Shown in pieces: positions 18,847 through 28,928 of a stretch of 64,000 nt of DNA. The stretch lies in NCBI GenBank assembly GCA_965205675.1, contig OZ242186.1:416001-480000 (forward strand), read 5' to 3'. Each line of letters opens with the position of its first letter. The stretch's first letter is position 1. The DNA comes from Nitrosopumilus sp. GTDB lineage: Archaea > Thermoproteota > Nitrososphaeria > Nitrososphaerales > Nitrosopumilaceae. The notes under the pieces are model-generated. The model had not been told where the DNA came from, ran no database searches, and worked only from the letters and a program-made list of their open reading frames with translations. The translations under genes and the position numbers were made by a program.

Positions 18847-19002
18847 GGGGTCGTAGCCTAGCCTGGTAGGGCGACAGTGTCTACGAAAAAGATCACCGCT
18901 AAGGGCTCCAAAGGTTAACTAAGCTATACACTGACTCACGGATGATGTAAGTTTGGAGCTGTAGTGACCCGTAGGTCGCCGGTTCGATTCCGGTCGGCCC
19001 CA
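18847..19002 (+). tRNA. tRNA-Trp(CCA) with two introns (18876-18902 at 28/29; 18912-18966 at 37/38)
   Basis: Removing both introns gives GGGGUCG/CGGCCCC acceptor, ACGGG-CUCCAAA-CCCGU anticodon arm, GCCGG-UUCGAUU-CCGGU T arm; bulge-helix-bulge-like junctions. Confidence 0.88.
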
Positions 19003-19014
19003 CGTTAAAAAAAT

Positions 19015-21330
19015 CTATCTATCTCTTAGCACATTAAGTGCTGATCCAGATTTGAACCATTTAATTTGAGATTGATTGTAAGAGTGATTTAACAAAATTT
19101 CGTCTTTGTTTCCATTAGCATGGGAAACTATGCATTTAACTTGTTTGTTTGGGGATAATTCGTTTAGATCAAGTAAGCTAATTTTATCATCTTCAAGAAT
19201 TTTTTCATAATCATCAGGATTGCTAAATGTTAATGCTAAGATACCTTGTTTTTTGAGATTTGTTTCATGGATTCTAGCTAAACTCTTGGTAATTACTGCA
19301 GCACATCCCAAAAAGCGAGGAGTCATCGCTGCATGTTCTCTACTACTTCCTTCACCATAATTATTATCACCAACAATTACCCACCTCATCTGATTTTCTT
19401 TGTATTGTCTTGCAATTTTTGAGAAAGACTCCAAGTTGTTGTTTAAAACATTCTTGCCTTGACCTACTTGATCATTAAATGCATTAACTGCACCTAAAAG
19501 CATGTTATCACTAAGATTATCTAAATGTCCACGTAAAGAAAGCCAAGCACCTGCAGGAGATATGTGATCTGTAGTGCACTTACCTTTAGCTTTCACCATT
19601 ATGGGGATATTTTCAAAATCTTCCCCATTCCATTTTGGAAATGGTTCTAAACGTTGGAGTCTCTTACTATTAGAATCAATTAGTACTTCAATATCATCAG
19701 AGTTATCAGGAGGTCCAACAAAAATTCCTTCGGGTCTCATAAAACCTTCTTCAGGTACTTCAGGGGCAGGTTTAGGTGGTTCAAGTTTAAACTTTGTTCC
19801 ATCAGATGCAGTCAATTCATCTTTTAATGGATTAAAAGATAATCGTCCACTCAGTGCTAATGCAATAATCATTTCAGGACTGCCAATAAAGTTTAGAGTG
19901 GATCTATGTCCATCATTTCGACCTGGGAAGTTTCTGTTAAATGTCGTAACAATAGTATTTTGTTGATCATTTTCTAATTCAGGCCTATCCCATTGACCAA
20001 TACAAGGACCGCATGCATTGGCTAGAACAATTGCCCCTATGTCTTTGAGTGAATCCATTTGCCCATCTCGTTCAATAGTTCCACGAATTTGTTCAGAACC
20101 TGGAGTTACCAATAATGGAACTTTTGCTTTAATGCCTTTGGCCTTTGCTTGTTCAGCTAAGCTTGCTGCTCTTGACATATCTTCATAAGACGAATTTGTA
20201 CAACTACCAATTAATGCAACAGAGATTGGATCTGTATAGTCTTTAATTTGTACATCCTCCGATAATTCTGTGATTGTTCTTGCCAAGTCTGGAGTGTGTG
20301 GACCAACAATGTGTGGTTCTAATGTTGAAAGATTAATCTCAATAACTCTATCAAAGAATTTTTCTGGGTTAGATTCTACCTCCATGTCTGCAACAAGTGA
20401 TTCTTTGTTTTGGTTGGCTAGTTCTGCAATGTCTGTTCTGTTAGTGTATTTCAGATAAGTTTCCATTCTTTCATCGTATGGGAATACAGAACATGTCGCT
20501 CCAATTTCAGCACCCATATTTGTTATGGTTGCTTTACCTGTACAACTGATAGATTTTGTTCCAGATCCAAAATATTCAACAATTGCGTTTGTACCTCCAG
20601 ACACTGTCAATTCATCAGCAACTTTCAGTATGATATCTTTAGGAGCAGTCCATCCATTTAACTCACCAATTAATTTTACACCAATTTTTTTAGGATAAAG
20701 TAATTCCCAATTCATACCAGCCATAGTTTCTGCTGCATCTAATCCTCCAACACCAATTGCAATCATGCCAAGACCACCTGCATTTGGAGTATGAGAATCA
20801 GTACCAATCATCAATCCCCCTGGAAATGCATAGTTTTCAAGAACAACTTGATGAATAATCCCCGCACCTGGTTTCCAAAAACCACATCCATATTTTGCAG
20901 ATGCTGATTGTAAAAATTTGAAAACCTCTCTGTTTTTATCAAGAGAAGATTTCATATCAACATCACCTCGAACTTCAGCTCGAATTAGATGGTCACAATG
21001 TACAGTTGTTGGTAATGATACTTGTTTTAATCCAGCTTGCATGAATTGAAGCATTACCATTTGACCAGTTACATCTTGCAATGCAACTCTATCTGGTTTT
21101 AAAAAGACATAATCCTTTCCGCCAGTGAAAACTGTATCGTCAATTTTATTAAGATGACCAGAAAGTATTTTCTCAGTAAGTGTTAATGGTCTGCCAATTA
21201 CATTTCTATATTTTACAATGTTTTCTTTTAATTTCAGATAAACATTAGAAACAAGTTCAGGAGTAGTATTTATTTCCACAGTATGTGATGAATTAATCCC
21301 AAATTTAATATTTACAATTAGAAATTTCAA
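19015..21330 (-). CDS. Aconitate hydratase (start probably GTG at MEINTT)
   Basis: QDVTGQM, HCDH, GTDSHT, GSCTNSS, CGPCIG, NYGEGSSREHAA. Confidence 0.95.
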   Translation of the reverse strand: MKFLIVNIKFGINSSHTVEINTTPELVSNVYLKLKENIVKYRNVIGRPLTLTEKILSGHLNKIDDTVFTGGKDYVFLKPDRVALQDVTGQMVMLQFMQAGLKQVSLPTTVHCDHLIRAEVRGDVDMKSSLDKNREVFKFLQSASAKYGCGFWKPGAGIIHQVVLENYAFPGGLMIGTDSHTPNAGGLGMIAIGVGGLDAAETMAGMNWELLYPKKIGVKLIGELNGWTAPKDIILKVADELTVSGGTNAIVEYFGSGTKSISCTGKATITNMGAEIGATCSVFPYDERMETYLKYTNRTDIAELANQNKESLVADMEVESNPEKFFDRVIEINLSTLEPHIVGPHTPDLARTITELSEDVQIKDYTDPISVALIGSCTNSSYEDMSRAASLAEQAKAKGIKAKVPLLVTPGSEQIRGTIERDGQMDSLKDIGAIVLANACGPCIGQWDRPELENDQQNTIVTTFNRNFPGRNDGHRSTLNFIGSPEMIIALALSGRLSFNPLKDELTASDGTKFKLEPPKPAPEVPEEGFMRPEGIFVGPPDNSDDIEVLIDSNSKRLQRLEPFPKWNGEDFENIPIMVKAKGKCTTDHISPAGAWLSLRGHLDNLSDNMLLGAVNAFNDQVGQGKNVLNNNLESFSKIARQYKENQMRWVIVGDNNYGEGSSREHAAMTPRFLGCAAVITKSLARIHETNLKKQGILALTFSNPDDYEKILEDDKISLLDLNELSPNKQVKCIVSHANGNKDEILLNHSYNQSQIKWFKSGSALNVLRDR

Positions 21331-21434
21331 TAAATTATTTCAATAGACATGTCAATTCTTAACAATTATAAGCCAAAAGAGGCTTTTCAATACAGTGTTG
21401 GTTAGCAGTAAATTTTCTAAACAGAGGTATAACT

Positions 21435-22067
21435 ATGGTCAATAAAGGATTTCCAAAATTTGGCATGTCACAAGCAGGCGCATTTGTTGCAGCTCTCAAA
21501 AATTATAATTTGCCCGATTTTATCCTAGTTTTAGTTGCAAAAGAATGCAAATCAGATTTACTTGAAAGAGGAAGAATAGATGATAGATTACAAAGTATGA
21601 ATGATGATGCTTTAGAATTATTACACAAGGTTTTTGTTGGTTGCGAAGAAGATACTGCAGGAAAATATGCACAATACAGATTTTTTGCATATGTATCAAG
21701 TATGTATCATAAATGTGAAGTAATAGTCAACGATACTATTCCAGGCGCATCAGGTAAAAATCATAAAATTCCTGTTGCAGTAAAAAACAATGGAATGTAC
21801 ATAGCAATTGCATATAACAAAGCAACTGGAAATCCAGTGAATAAAAAAGAAACAATCCGTTTTTATGATATGGTAGATGATATCAAAAAAGGTGATCATG
21901 GTACGATGTTAACTGATGGGATTTATGGGTCTTCAGTAGGATTTAGAGGAGATGCACTTGTAGAACTTGAAATATTAAGTAAATCACGAACTAATGATCC
22001 TGAAAATAAATTAGATTTCAAAACTGCAAATTTTGAAAATAATATTTATTCAGTTACAAAATGTTAA
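21435..22067 (+). CDS. Hypothetical protein (restriction-endonuclease-like C-terminal region)
   Basis: 210 aa ORF; IPGASGKNHKIPV resembles Mrr-like GxSGxxH motif. Confidence 0.7.
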   Translation: MVNKGFPKFGMSQAGAFVAALKNYNLPDFILVLVAKECKSDLLERGRIDDRLQSMNDDALELLHKVFVGCEEDTAGKYAQYRFFAYVSSMYHKCEVIVNDTIPGASGKNHKIPVAVKNNGMYIAIAYNKATGNPVNKKETIRFYDMVDDIKKGDHGTMLTDGIYGSSVGFRGDALVELEILSKSRTNDPENKLDFKTANFENNIYSVTKC

Positions 22068-22648
22068 TTACAAAAATTTTTTTCTAAATAAAATTGCGAA
22101 GTATCCATTGTTAAAAACATGGGTTTCCCATCAGTTTTTTGGAAGTCTTCGCCATATTGTTCAAATTCTAACTGTTCAAAAAGATGTTTAGTCCATACGT
22201 CATGAACATCTTGAATGAATCTCTTATGGCCATTAATTCTCAACATTTCATGAATTAGTTCATGAGATGCAGTAGTACAATTTTTTTCTGCAAGAAACAA
22301 AGTATCACTAGTTTCTTTTGGAGATTGCCAAAGTATCATTCCAAAATTTTCAGCATGATATCCTTCACATGTACAATCAGTCCACAAAGGTCTGAAATGA
22401 GTCAAATAGAAATGGTAAATATCGCTCCCTCTTTGTTGATGATCACGAATCAATGTATGTGTATCAAGACGTTGAAGAACACTTCTAGGTGTTGTAATCA
22501 TTTCATCACATTGAATTTCATAATCTTTTCCAAATTTTTTTTTTAGCCAAGACTGATAAAATTTACTCATTTTTTTAACATACTCAAATTCAAATTGTCG
22601 TTTTTCACGATCTTTTTCAGGTACTACAAAAATAAAATGTAGAATCAT
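22064..22648 (-). CDS. Zincin-like hypothetical protein
   Basis: HELIH (HExxH). Confidence 0.7.
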   Translation of the reverse strand: MILHFIFVVPEKDREKRQFEFEYVKKMSKFYQSWLKKKFGKDYEIQCDEMITTPRSVLQRLDTHTLIRDHQQRGSDIYHFYLTHFRPLWTDCTCEGYHAENFGMILWQSPKETSDTLFLAEKNCTTASHELIHEMLRINGHKRFIQDVHDVWTKHLFEQLEFEQYGEDFQKTDGKPMFLTMDTSQFYLEKNFCN

Positions 22649-22666
22649 AATAAGAAAAAAAGGTGT

Positions 22667-22906
22667 TTATGTTTGGCCTTCAATACCCATTAGGGTCAGA
22701 GTTGAACGAATCTTTTCAATTTTTCTGATTTTCCAGGTAATTGTCTCTCTAAGTTTTTCAACAGTATTTGATTCGATCTTGGCCAAAATATCGTATGCGC
22801 CAAAAGTTCCATGAACTTCTTTAACACCCTCCAAGCCCTTTAGTTGCTGAATAATAGCTTCTTCAGAACCTAATTCACAGTTTATTAAAACATAAGCTGT
22901 TGCCAT
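22667..22906 (-). CDS. Lrp/AsnC ligand-binding domain protein
   Basis: AYVLIN..GTFGAYDILAK..STLTL. Confidence 0.9.
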   Translation of the reverse strand: MATAYVLINCELGSEEAIIQQLKGLEGVKEVHGTFGAYDILAKIESNTVEKLRETITWKIRKIEKIRSTLTLMGIEGQT

Positions 22907-23377
22907 ATAGAAATTAAATAAATCGACTATATCAATAAAGCTAATTCAAACAATCAGTTTATGGGATTTATTAACTAAATATTGGGTTTTAGGCTCATAG
23001 ATTAGCGGTTCTTTTGGTTCAATGATTATAAGCAGTTTTTATGCATAAAATAGGATCTATTGAATTCTTAATTATGTCGTAACAGATTAATGAAATATTA
23101 GGGATTTACAAAATTTCAAATAAAAGAAGTTTAGATAAATTTATGATTAATTTTTTGTTTTTTCTTGAACCCTGATATATTCTTCTAAGAAATCATGATT
23201 CTGACAGCCTAGGATAATTTTTCAATTTCAGTAGATGGGAAAGTATTTAATTCGGATCATAAAATAACAATCATTTCCTCAAATTATTCAGATAGAAAAA
23301 GCTTGATGAATGTGTCCAATTCCGGCTTCCTAGAAATCATCAACGAAACAAACAGAAATCAAACACATTCTGTGACA

Positions 23378-23472
23378 ATTCCAAGTCAACAATCGATAGA
23401 GTAACTCAATACACTGCCATGAATATGTCTGGAGAAGGATACATTCCAAGTCAACAATCGATAGAGTAACTC
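23378..23472. repeat. 30-bp direct repeat separated by 35-bp unique insert
   Basis: ATTCCAAGTCAACAATCGATAGAGTAACTC at 23378-23407 and 23443-23472. Confidence 0.9.
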
Positions 23473-23734
23473 TCTTGTTTTTATGGCACCATTATATGAT
23501 TTGATTTCAGAATCAAACCTTCTTTTTACTTCAGAAAATATTCTCACAGTTTTATTCTGTTCATGGTACAATGTTTCTTCATCAAATTCATTTCTTATCT
23601 GTTTTCTATACTTGTCATGTGTATCTAAAATTGAATTGTCTCCTCTAACTGGAATTCTTGAGAGAATATTCTCATATCTCTAATTTGCTTATGAATTGAT
23701 TCTGTATTGTTGTATCCCAAAATCAGTTCGTCCC

Positions 23735-24470
23735 TTATTTGACATCGTATTCTTCTCCTGTCTGCTCATCAATAACTCTTGTTCCTTTCTCTGGCATCTT
23801 TCTTGCATATGCCTTTACAGGGGTCTCAAGATTATCCCAGTCAAGTGACATGTGTGGCTTTATGTGGTTGTACCAGTGGACCAGCTCATCAATGGTGCCA
23901 AACCATTTCTGCTTTCTCTGAATCTCGCCGTGAAATCTTTCGAGCTTGCCATTGGTTTGAGGATGGTTCACTCTTGCCATGATGCGTTTTATTCCAAGTC
24001 TAACCAGTTCTTGCTCAAACTGTGATGCTCCTTTTCTCTTGTATTCTGATTGGTTTGCATAAAATTGGGAGCCATGATCAGTTAGAATTGATGCAGGCCT
24101 ACCGTGCTTTGCAATTGCCTCATGTAATACTACAAGTGCGTTATCTGTTGTTGCCTCTGCAAACACTCCATGAGAAACGATAAACCTTGATGCGTCATCC
24201 TGGTAACACAGAAACCATCTGCCATCGTCTAACTGCTTCCAGTCAGTATGCCACATGGAGTTTGAATATGTCCTTTCATATCTAACCCACTTTCGCCTTC
24301 TCCTCTTCTTTGGCTGATCTTCTGCCAACCCCTCATCTCTCATAATTTTGTGTATGGTATTGTGAGGTATGTGTGTTCCAGTGGTATCAATTATTTTCTC
24401 CAGGAATACTGCAGAACACCTGAACTTTTCAAATGTAGACTGGACAGTCTGTACCATCTGCTCTGTAATT
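23735..24470 (-). pseudogene. IS481 transposase, C-terminal integrase-core part
   Basis: WHTDWK, LTDHGSQF, PQTNGKLERF. Confidence 0.88.
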
Positions 24471-24519
24471 ATCCATGTGAATTGTTTTTATACATTTCCT
24501 CTCTTTCCATACATCAGGG

Positions 24520-24680
24520 CATGGCTTTCGCTAGAGAATGGTTTCAATCAAAAGATGGCAGACATGTATCCATACGAGACTATTCTCTCAATGCTATCTT
24601 CATCCTAGTTAGGATTGTTCGCAGTTATTAGACGAGGCCTTGTCCCTCAATAATTACAACGCGACTTGCAGTCCTAACTA
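24520..24680 (-). ncRNA. Putative bridge/seek RNA of IS110-B (ends approximate)
   Basis: Scaffold shared with IS110-A RNA; loop TGTAATTAT equals target flank 24464-24472; second loop ATGGATA equals element end. Confidence 0.75.
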
Positions 24681-25787
24681 TAATTTTGTACAAATTCTCT
24701 CCTCTCCTTTAACATCCAATAAATCACCCTCAGGATCTTTGATGCACCAGCTACTGCAGCTTTGGATGATCCTCTTTTCTTTTTAATGCGATTGTAAAAT
24801 TTTGTAATGTCACTATCCTTGGCATGAATTGCATGAGTGTGTATGCATTCTGTTAGAACCCATCTCAATGTCATGCTTCCCCTTTTTGTTATTCTGCCAT
24901 GGTGTATTGTATCTGCAGAGTTTCTAACTGATGGTACAACTCCTGCATATGCACACAGTTTGTGAGAATCATTGAATCTCTCAATATCTGCAATCTCTGA
25001 TGCAATGACAAGCGAAGAATAATGCCCAATTCCCGGAATCGAGTTTATCAAAATTGCATCAGGATTAACTTTTACAGCAGCATACACTTTGGAATTAATC
25101 TCTGCAATCTGTAAATTAAGGTGGCTGATTTGTTGCAAGAATCCGTCTATTCTGTAATCTCCTAGTGCCTTGAGTCTTCTGTTGTATGTTTCAGTGAATG
25201 TAACTCCTGGAATCCTGATTCCTTCCTGTAACAATATTCCATGAACTGAATTCTTGACAGATGTTCTCCATTGGATTAGTTTTTTCCTATATCTTACAAG
25301 CTGTCTTTGTTGTACAATCTTTTTGTCTGGAACATAACATGTGGCAATGTATCCTCCTCGTAAAAGATCTGCCAATATCTTGGCATCAATCTTGTCTGTT
25401 TTCTTTTTTGATGTAGCAATTGCCTTTGTCAAATATGGGTTTGAGAGTGTGACGTTTTTGTATCCCAAAGTATCTGTGAGAAATCGATACGTGTCATACC
25501 AGACTGATGAGGATTCCATTACAATATTTGCAGAAATTGGTATTTTTGCAAAATGCTTTTTGATGGATTCATGAGTGTTATCCACTTTGTCATTTTGTAA
25601 TACTTTGCCTGCATCATCCATTTATTACTTGAAGAAACTTCTTGTGCAGGTCAATGCCCACAAACATGCCTTTCTTTGGATTTTTTCTAATCTGTTTGTT
25701 TGTAATCTTTTTTGGAGCCGAGTATTTACGAACCTTGGAACTAGATTCATTTTTTATGCTATCTGATTTCCTTGCTTTCTTATTCAC
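24674..25787 (-). pseudogene. IS110-B recombinase, frameshifted near 25625
   Basis: GIDLHK in one frame, then VMESS, KTDKIDA, SIPGIG, YAGVVPSVRNSA in another. Confidence 0.85.
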
Positions 25788-25859
25788 ATATCCATGTGAA
25801 TCCCTTTTAACTATTGTCGGTATTTTTGCCATATTAATTACAGCTTACGCTAATACACT

Positions 25860-26008
25860 CATACTTTCAATCACAGATGAAACCAGACACATATCCATTC
25901 GGGGTTCTCCCCCAGTACCATCTTCATCCATTTATTAGGTGAAACCGCGGTTATAGTTTCGAGGTATTATGCATCCTCAATGTGAAAACGCGGCCAAACT
26001 CCTAACTG
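25860..26008 (-). ncRNA. Putative bridge/seek RNA of IS110-A (ends approximate)
   Basis: Guides TTTTCACAT and AAACTAT match flanks TATTCACAT and TAACTAT; donor loop ATGGATAT. Confidence 0.75.
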
Positions 26009-26022
26009 TAATGTTTTACAAA

Positions 26023-26700
26023 TTATTGATGACATTGAACAAATTCTCTCCTCTCTTTTAGCATCCAATATATGACACGCAATAACTTTGATGCAGCAGC
26101 AACTGCTGCCTTTGAGGTCCCTCTCTTTTTCTTAATGCGATTATAAAATTTTGTAATGTTGCTATCTGGTGCGTATCTAACATGTGCATGAATTGCCTCC
26201 ACTAGCAACCATCTTAGCATGGTGCTTCCTCTCTTTGTAATTCTTCCGTGATGTATTGTATCTGCAGAATTTCTCACCGATGGAACAATCCCTGCATATG
26301 CACATAACTTGTGAGAATTTGAAAATCTACTAATCTCTGCAATTTCTGAGAATATGCTCAATGCAGTGTATGGTCCAACTCCAGGTGTGGATATCAAAAT
26401 ACACACACCAGGATTATCATTTACCATGCGACGTATCATGGAATCTATCTTTGCAACCTCCTTTTTGTGAAATTTTATGCTTTGTAGGTACGAATCTATT
26501 CTATAACTCTCCAATTTTCCAAGTGCACGTATGTGTTCTGAGGAAAATGGTGTTGCTTTGATATGGATTCCCTCCTGTAGTGTAATACCATGTATGGAAT
26601 TCTTCATCTTTACAATAATGCGTATAATCTTGTGTCGATGTCTTACAAGCTGTCTGTATTGCACAATTGTGTGATCTGGCACAAATGATTCTGCAATGTA
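26023..26700 (-). pseudogene. IS110-A recombinase, C-terminal part
   Basis: STPGVG, YAGIVPSVRNSA; joins in frame to the N-terminal part (RGGY|IAESFVP). Confidence 0.88.
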
Positions 26701-27798
26701 TACTCTCTAACAAAATTTTATGATCTGTTGATCTGATTTATTTTACCAAATGCCATATTGATCAAAACATTACACATCAAACCATGAATAATCAAAAATT
26801 AATTCAAGCATACAAAGATGAAAAGAACGTCAAGGTAAAAGAAAGGCTATTTTTGATAAAGCGAGTATTACTTGAGAACCAAATTGCATCACATGTTGCA
26901 AAGAATCTTGGACGTGTACGTTCATGGGCATACAAATGGTTAGATAGATTTGCAGAATATGGAATTGCAGGACTGCAAGACTTGCCTAGAACTGGCAGAC
27001 CAACTAGTATACCAAAAAAGAAACTAGTCAGCATTCAACTACAAATTGCAGAAAAACAATCCGGCTGGAGTGCAAAGCAAGTGATGAATCTGATTTATCA
27101 AAAATCAGGTGTAAAATATCATGAGGTTCATGTGTACAGATTATTACACAAATGGGGATTTGTTCCAAAGGTTGCAGCAAAGAGATTTGTAAATTCAGCT
27201 AGTGTTGAGGAAAAACTCTGGTTTAAAAAAACTCCAAAGAACAAATAGCCTCAAAAATAGCAAAAGGCTTTACAGTTCTTGCACAAGATGAGTCCATCTT
27301 TACTGCTGATGCGATATTTAGAAAAAAGATGTGGGTAAAGAAAGGAACCCGTCCAATTATTCTAGTAAACGGGTCACATCAAAAAACAATCATTTTTGGT
27401 GCACTGACTCATGACGGCAGGCAATTATTCAGACAATATGAAAAATTTGATCAGTACTGTTTTTTGGATTATCTAAAGGAATTGCACAGAAAGTTTGGCA
27501 AGATTCTAGTCTATGTAGACCGAGCACCACAACACAGATCAAAACTAGTACAAAAATATCTTGATGAGAATGCAGATGATGTTCTATTGAATTGGTTTCC
27601 AAAAGGCTCACCACAGCTCAATGCAGTTGAGGAAGTATGGAAGCAAGGAAAATACAATTTGTTGGTGTCACAGTATCAACCATCTCTAAGTAATCTGAAA
27701 AATAACATCTCCAAATATTACAGAACCAGACGATTCAATTTAGACATTCTCAAGTATATGCAACGAGAGGATGGTTGACGAACTTATGTTAGGAAGTA
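26701..27798 (+). mobile_element. IS630-family element
   Basis: TA target duplication at 26699-700 and 27799-800; TIR TACTCTCTAACA / TGTTAGGAAGTA. Confidence 0.92.
26784..27778 (+). CDS. IS630 transposase (orfA HTH 26784-27248 + orfB DDE, joined by frameshift at TTTAAAAAAA ~27222-27231)
   Basis: GLQDLPRTGRP; QDES, VDRAPQH, SPQLNAVEEVW. Confidence 0.88.
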
Positions 27799-28214
27799 TA
27801 TCCTCCTCGTAGCAAATTTGCAAGATGGTACGCATCAATTTTATCAGTCTTTTTGAGTGATGATGCTATTATCTTTGTGTTGTATGGATTAGATAGTATA
27901 ACATCAAGATGTAATTTGTCTGTCATGTGTCTATAAAGGCCATACCAGACAGATGATGACTCTAAAACATATTTTGCGTTCTTTGGAATTTTGGATGTAA
28001 TTTTGCTAATAGCAGAAAAATCACTGGAAATCTTTTTGTTAAATAATAATTTGCCAATCTCATCTACTGCTGCCACCTGTACAGAGTTCTTGTGAACATC
28101 CAATCCTACAAACATCAAATATTTTTTTTCAGGAAGGGTAGTGTGTTTGTTTGCATTTCTTACTTTCTTGATACGAATGCAAGTACCATCTAATTTCCTA
28201 GCTGATTTTGGCAC
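27799..28214 (-). pseudogene. IS110-A recombinase, N-terminal DEDD RuvC part
   Basis: GLDVHK, VLESS, KTDKIDA. Confidence 0.88.
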
Positions 28215-28228
28215 ATATGGTTATAGTT

Positions 28229-28410
28229 ATTCCCTTTGGCCTTCCAGGCTTGCCTAGAATCGGAATTGCACCAGTACGGCGATACCGTGAGTAGAGTTTC
28301 TGCACCCACCGAACAGATATCTTCATGGATGAGGCTACGTCTGCGTTCTTGGCACCATCCTCTTTTGACTTGATTATCCAGAATATCTGGATTGGATCTA
28401 ACTTTTGCAT
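28229..28410 (-). pseudogene. IS481 transposase, N-terminal HTH part
   Basis: NADVASSMKISVRWVQKL..KPGRPKGI, in frame with ITEQMVQ after removing IS110s. Confidence 0.85.
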
Positions 28411-28802
28411 AATCTTGTGATTCTTTCCTCTTTTCCAAACGTATCTTGACTTTAGTCTGGAAATGATGGGGTGAACTAATTTGAGGATAATAGAATTGTA
28501 TTCGTTGGAGTAACATCATACATTTGAGAGAATGATTTTGGGAAAATGTTTTATGATGTCATGAGATACGAGATGATGGTGCTGAATCACAACTGCACAA
28601 ATCAACTGGGATTTCATATCAAAATCTACTGACATTTTTGTAAATGCGTGCCCGAGATTGCATCTGCAAGAATAGTATGGTGTATAGCAGCAACTGTCTG
28701 TTTTTAAATTTTGTTGCATCTACTCCTGCAAATATTGCATCCGAAGATATTATTCCAATAAATCTACTAATTGCAACATTATCCAATTACAACTCAAAAC
28801 TA

Positions 28803-28928
28803 TACTCAATAACAAAAATTCGTCACCCTATTCTAAACTCGATTTACGTACATTGTAGATTCAAGTTTAAATTTCAAGAATTAGCATAATTTGGAAGATT
28901 TTGGGTCATGAATATTTGTTAGACAGTA
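28803..28928. mobile_element. 126-bp IS630-type MITE, copy 1
   Basis: Nearly identical to 39988-40113; TIR TACTCAATAACAAAAATTC / GAATATTTGTTAGACAGTA. Confidence 0.85.

Larger units (their letters stand above)
25790..28222 (-). mobile_element. IS110-family element A inserted in the left terminus of IS110-B; interrupted by IS630
   Basis: Ends ATCCATGTGAAT and CACATATGGTT homologous to B's ends; boundary ambiguous by 2 nt (ATAT). Confidence 0.85.
24473..28228 (-). mobile_element. IS110-family (IS1111-like) element B, containing IS110-A in its left end
   Basis: AT core duplicated at 24471-72 and 28229-30; subterminal IR ATGTGAAT; ~200-nt 3' non-coding end. Confidence 0.85.
23708..28494 (-). mobile_element. 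IS481-family element interrupted by IS110-B
   Basis: Imperfect ~27-bp TIRs (TGTTGTATCCCAAAATCAGTTC / GAACTAATTTGAGGATAATAGA); split transposase rejoins in frame. Confidence 0.8.

Noticed and set aside
23378-23472. CRISPR array
   Set aside because: Only two repeats, the repeat is transposase coding sequence, and there is no leader or cas gene; kept only as a possible integration scar
25614-25832. Independent 72-aa gene
   Set aside because: Chimera of the IS110-A right end and the frameshifted IS110-B N-terminus
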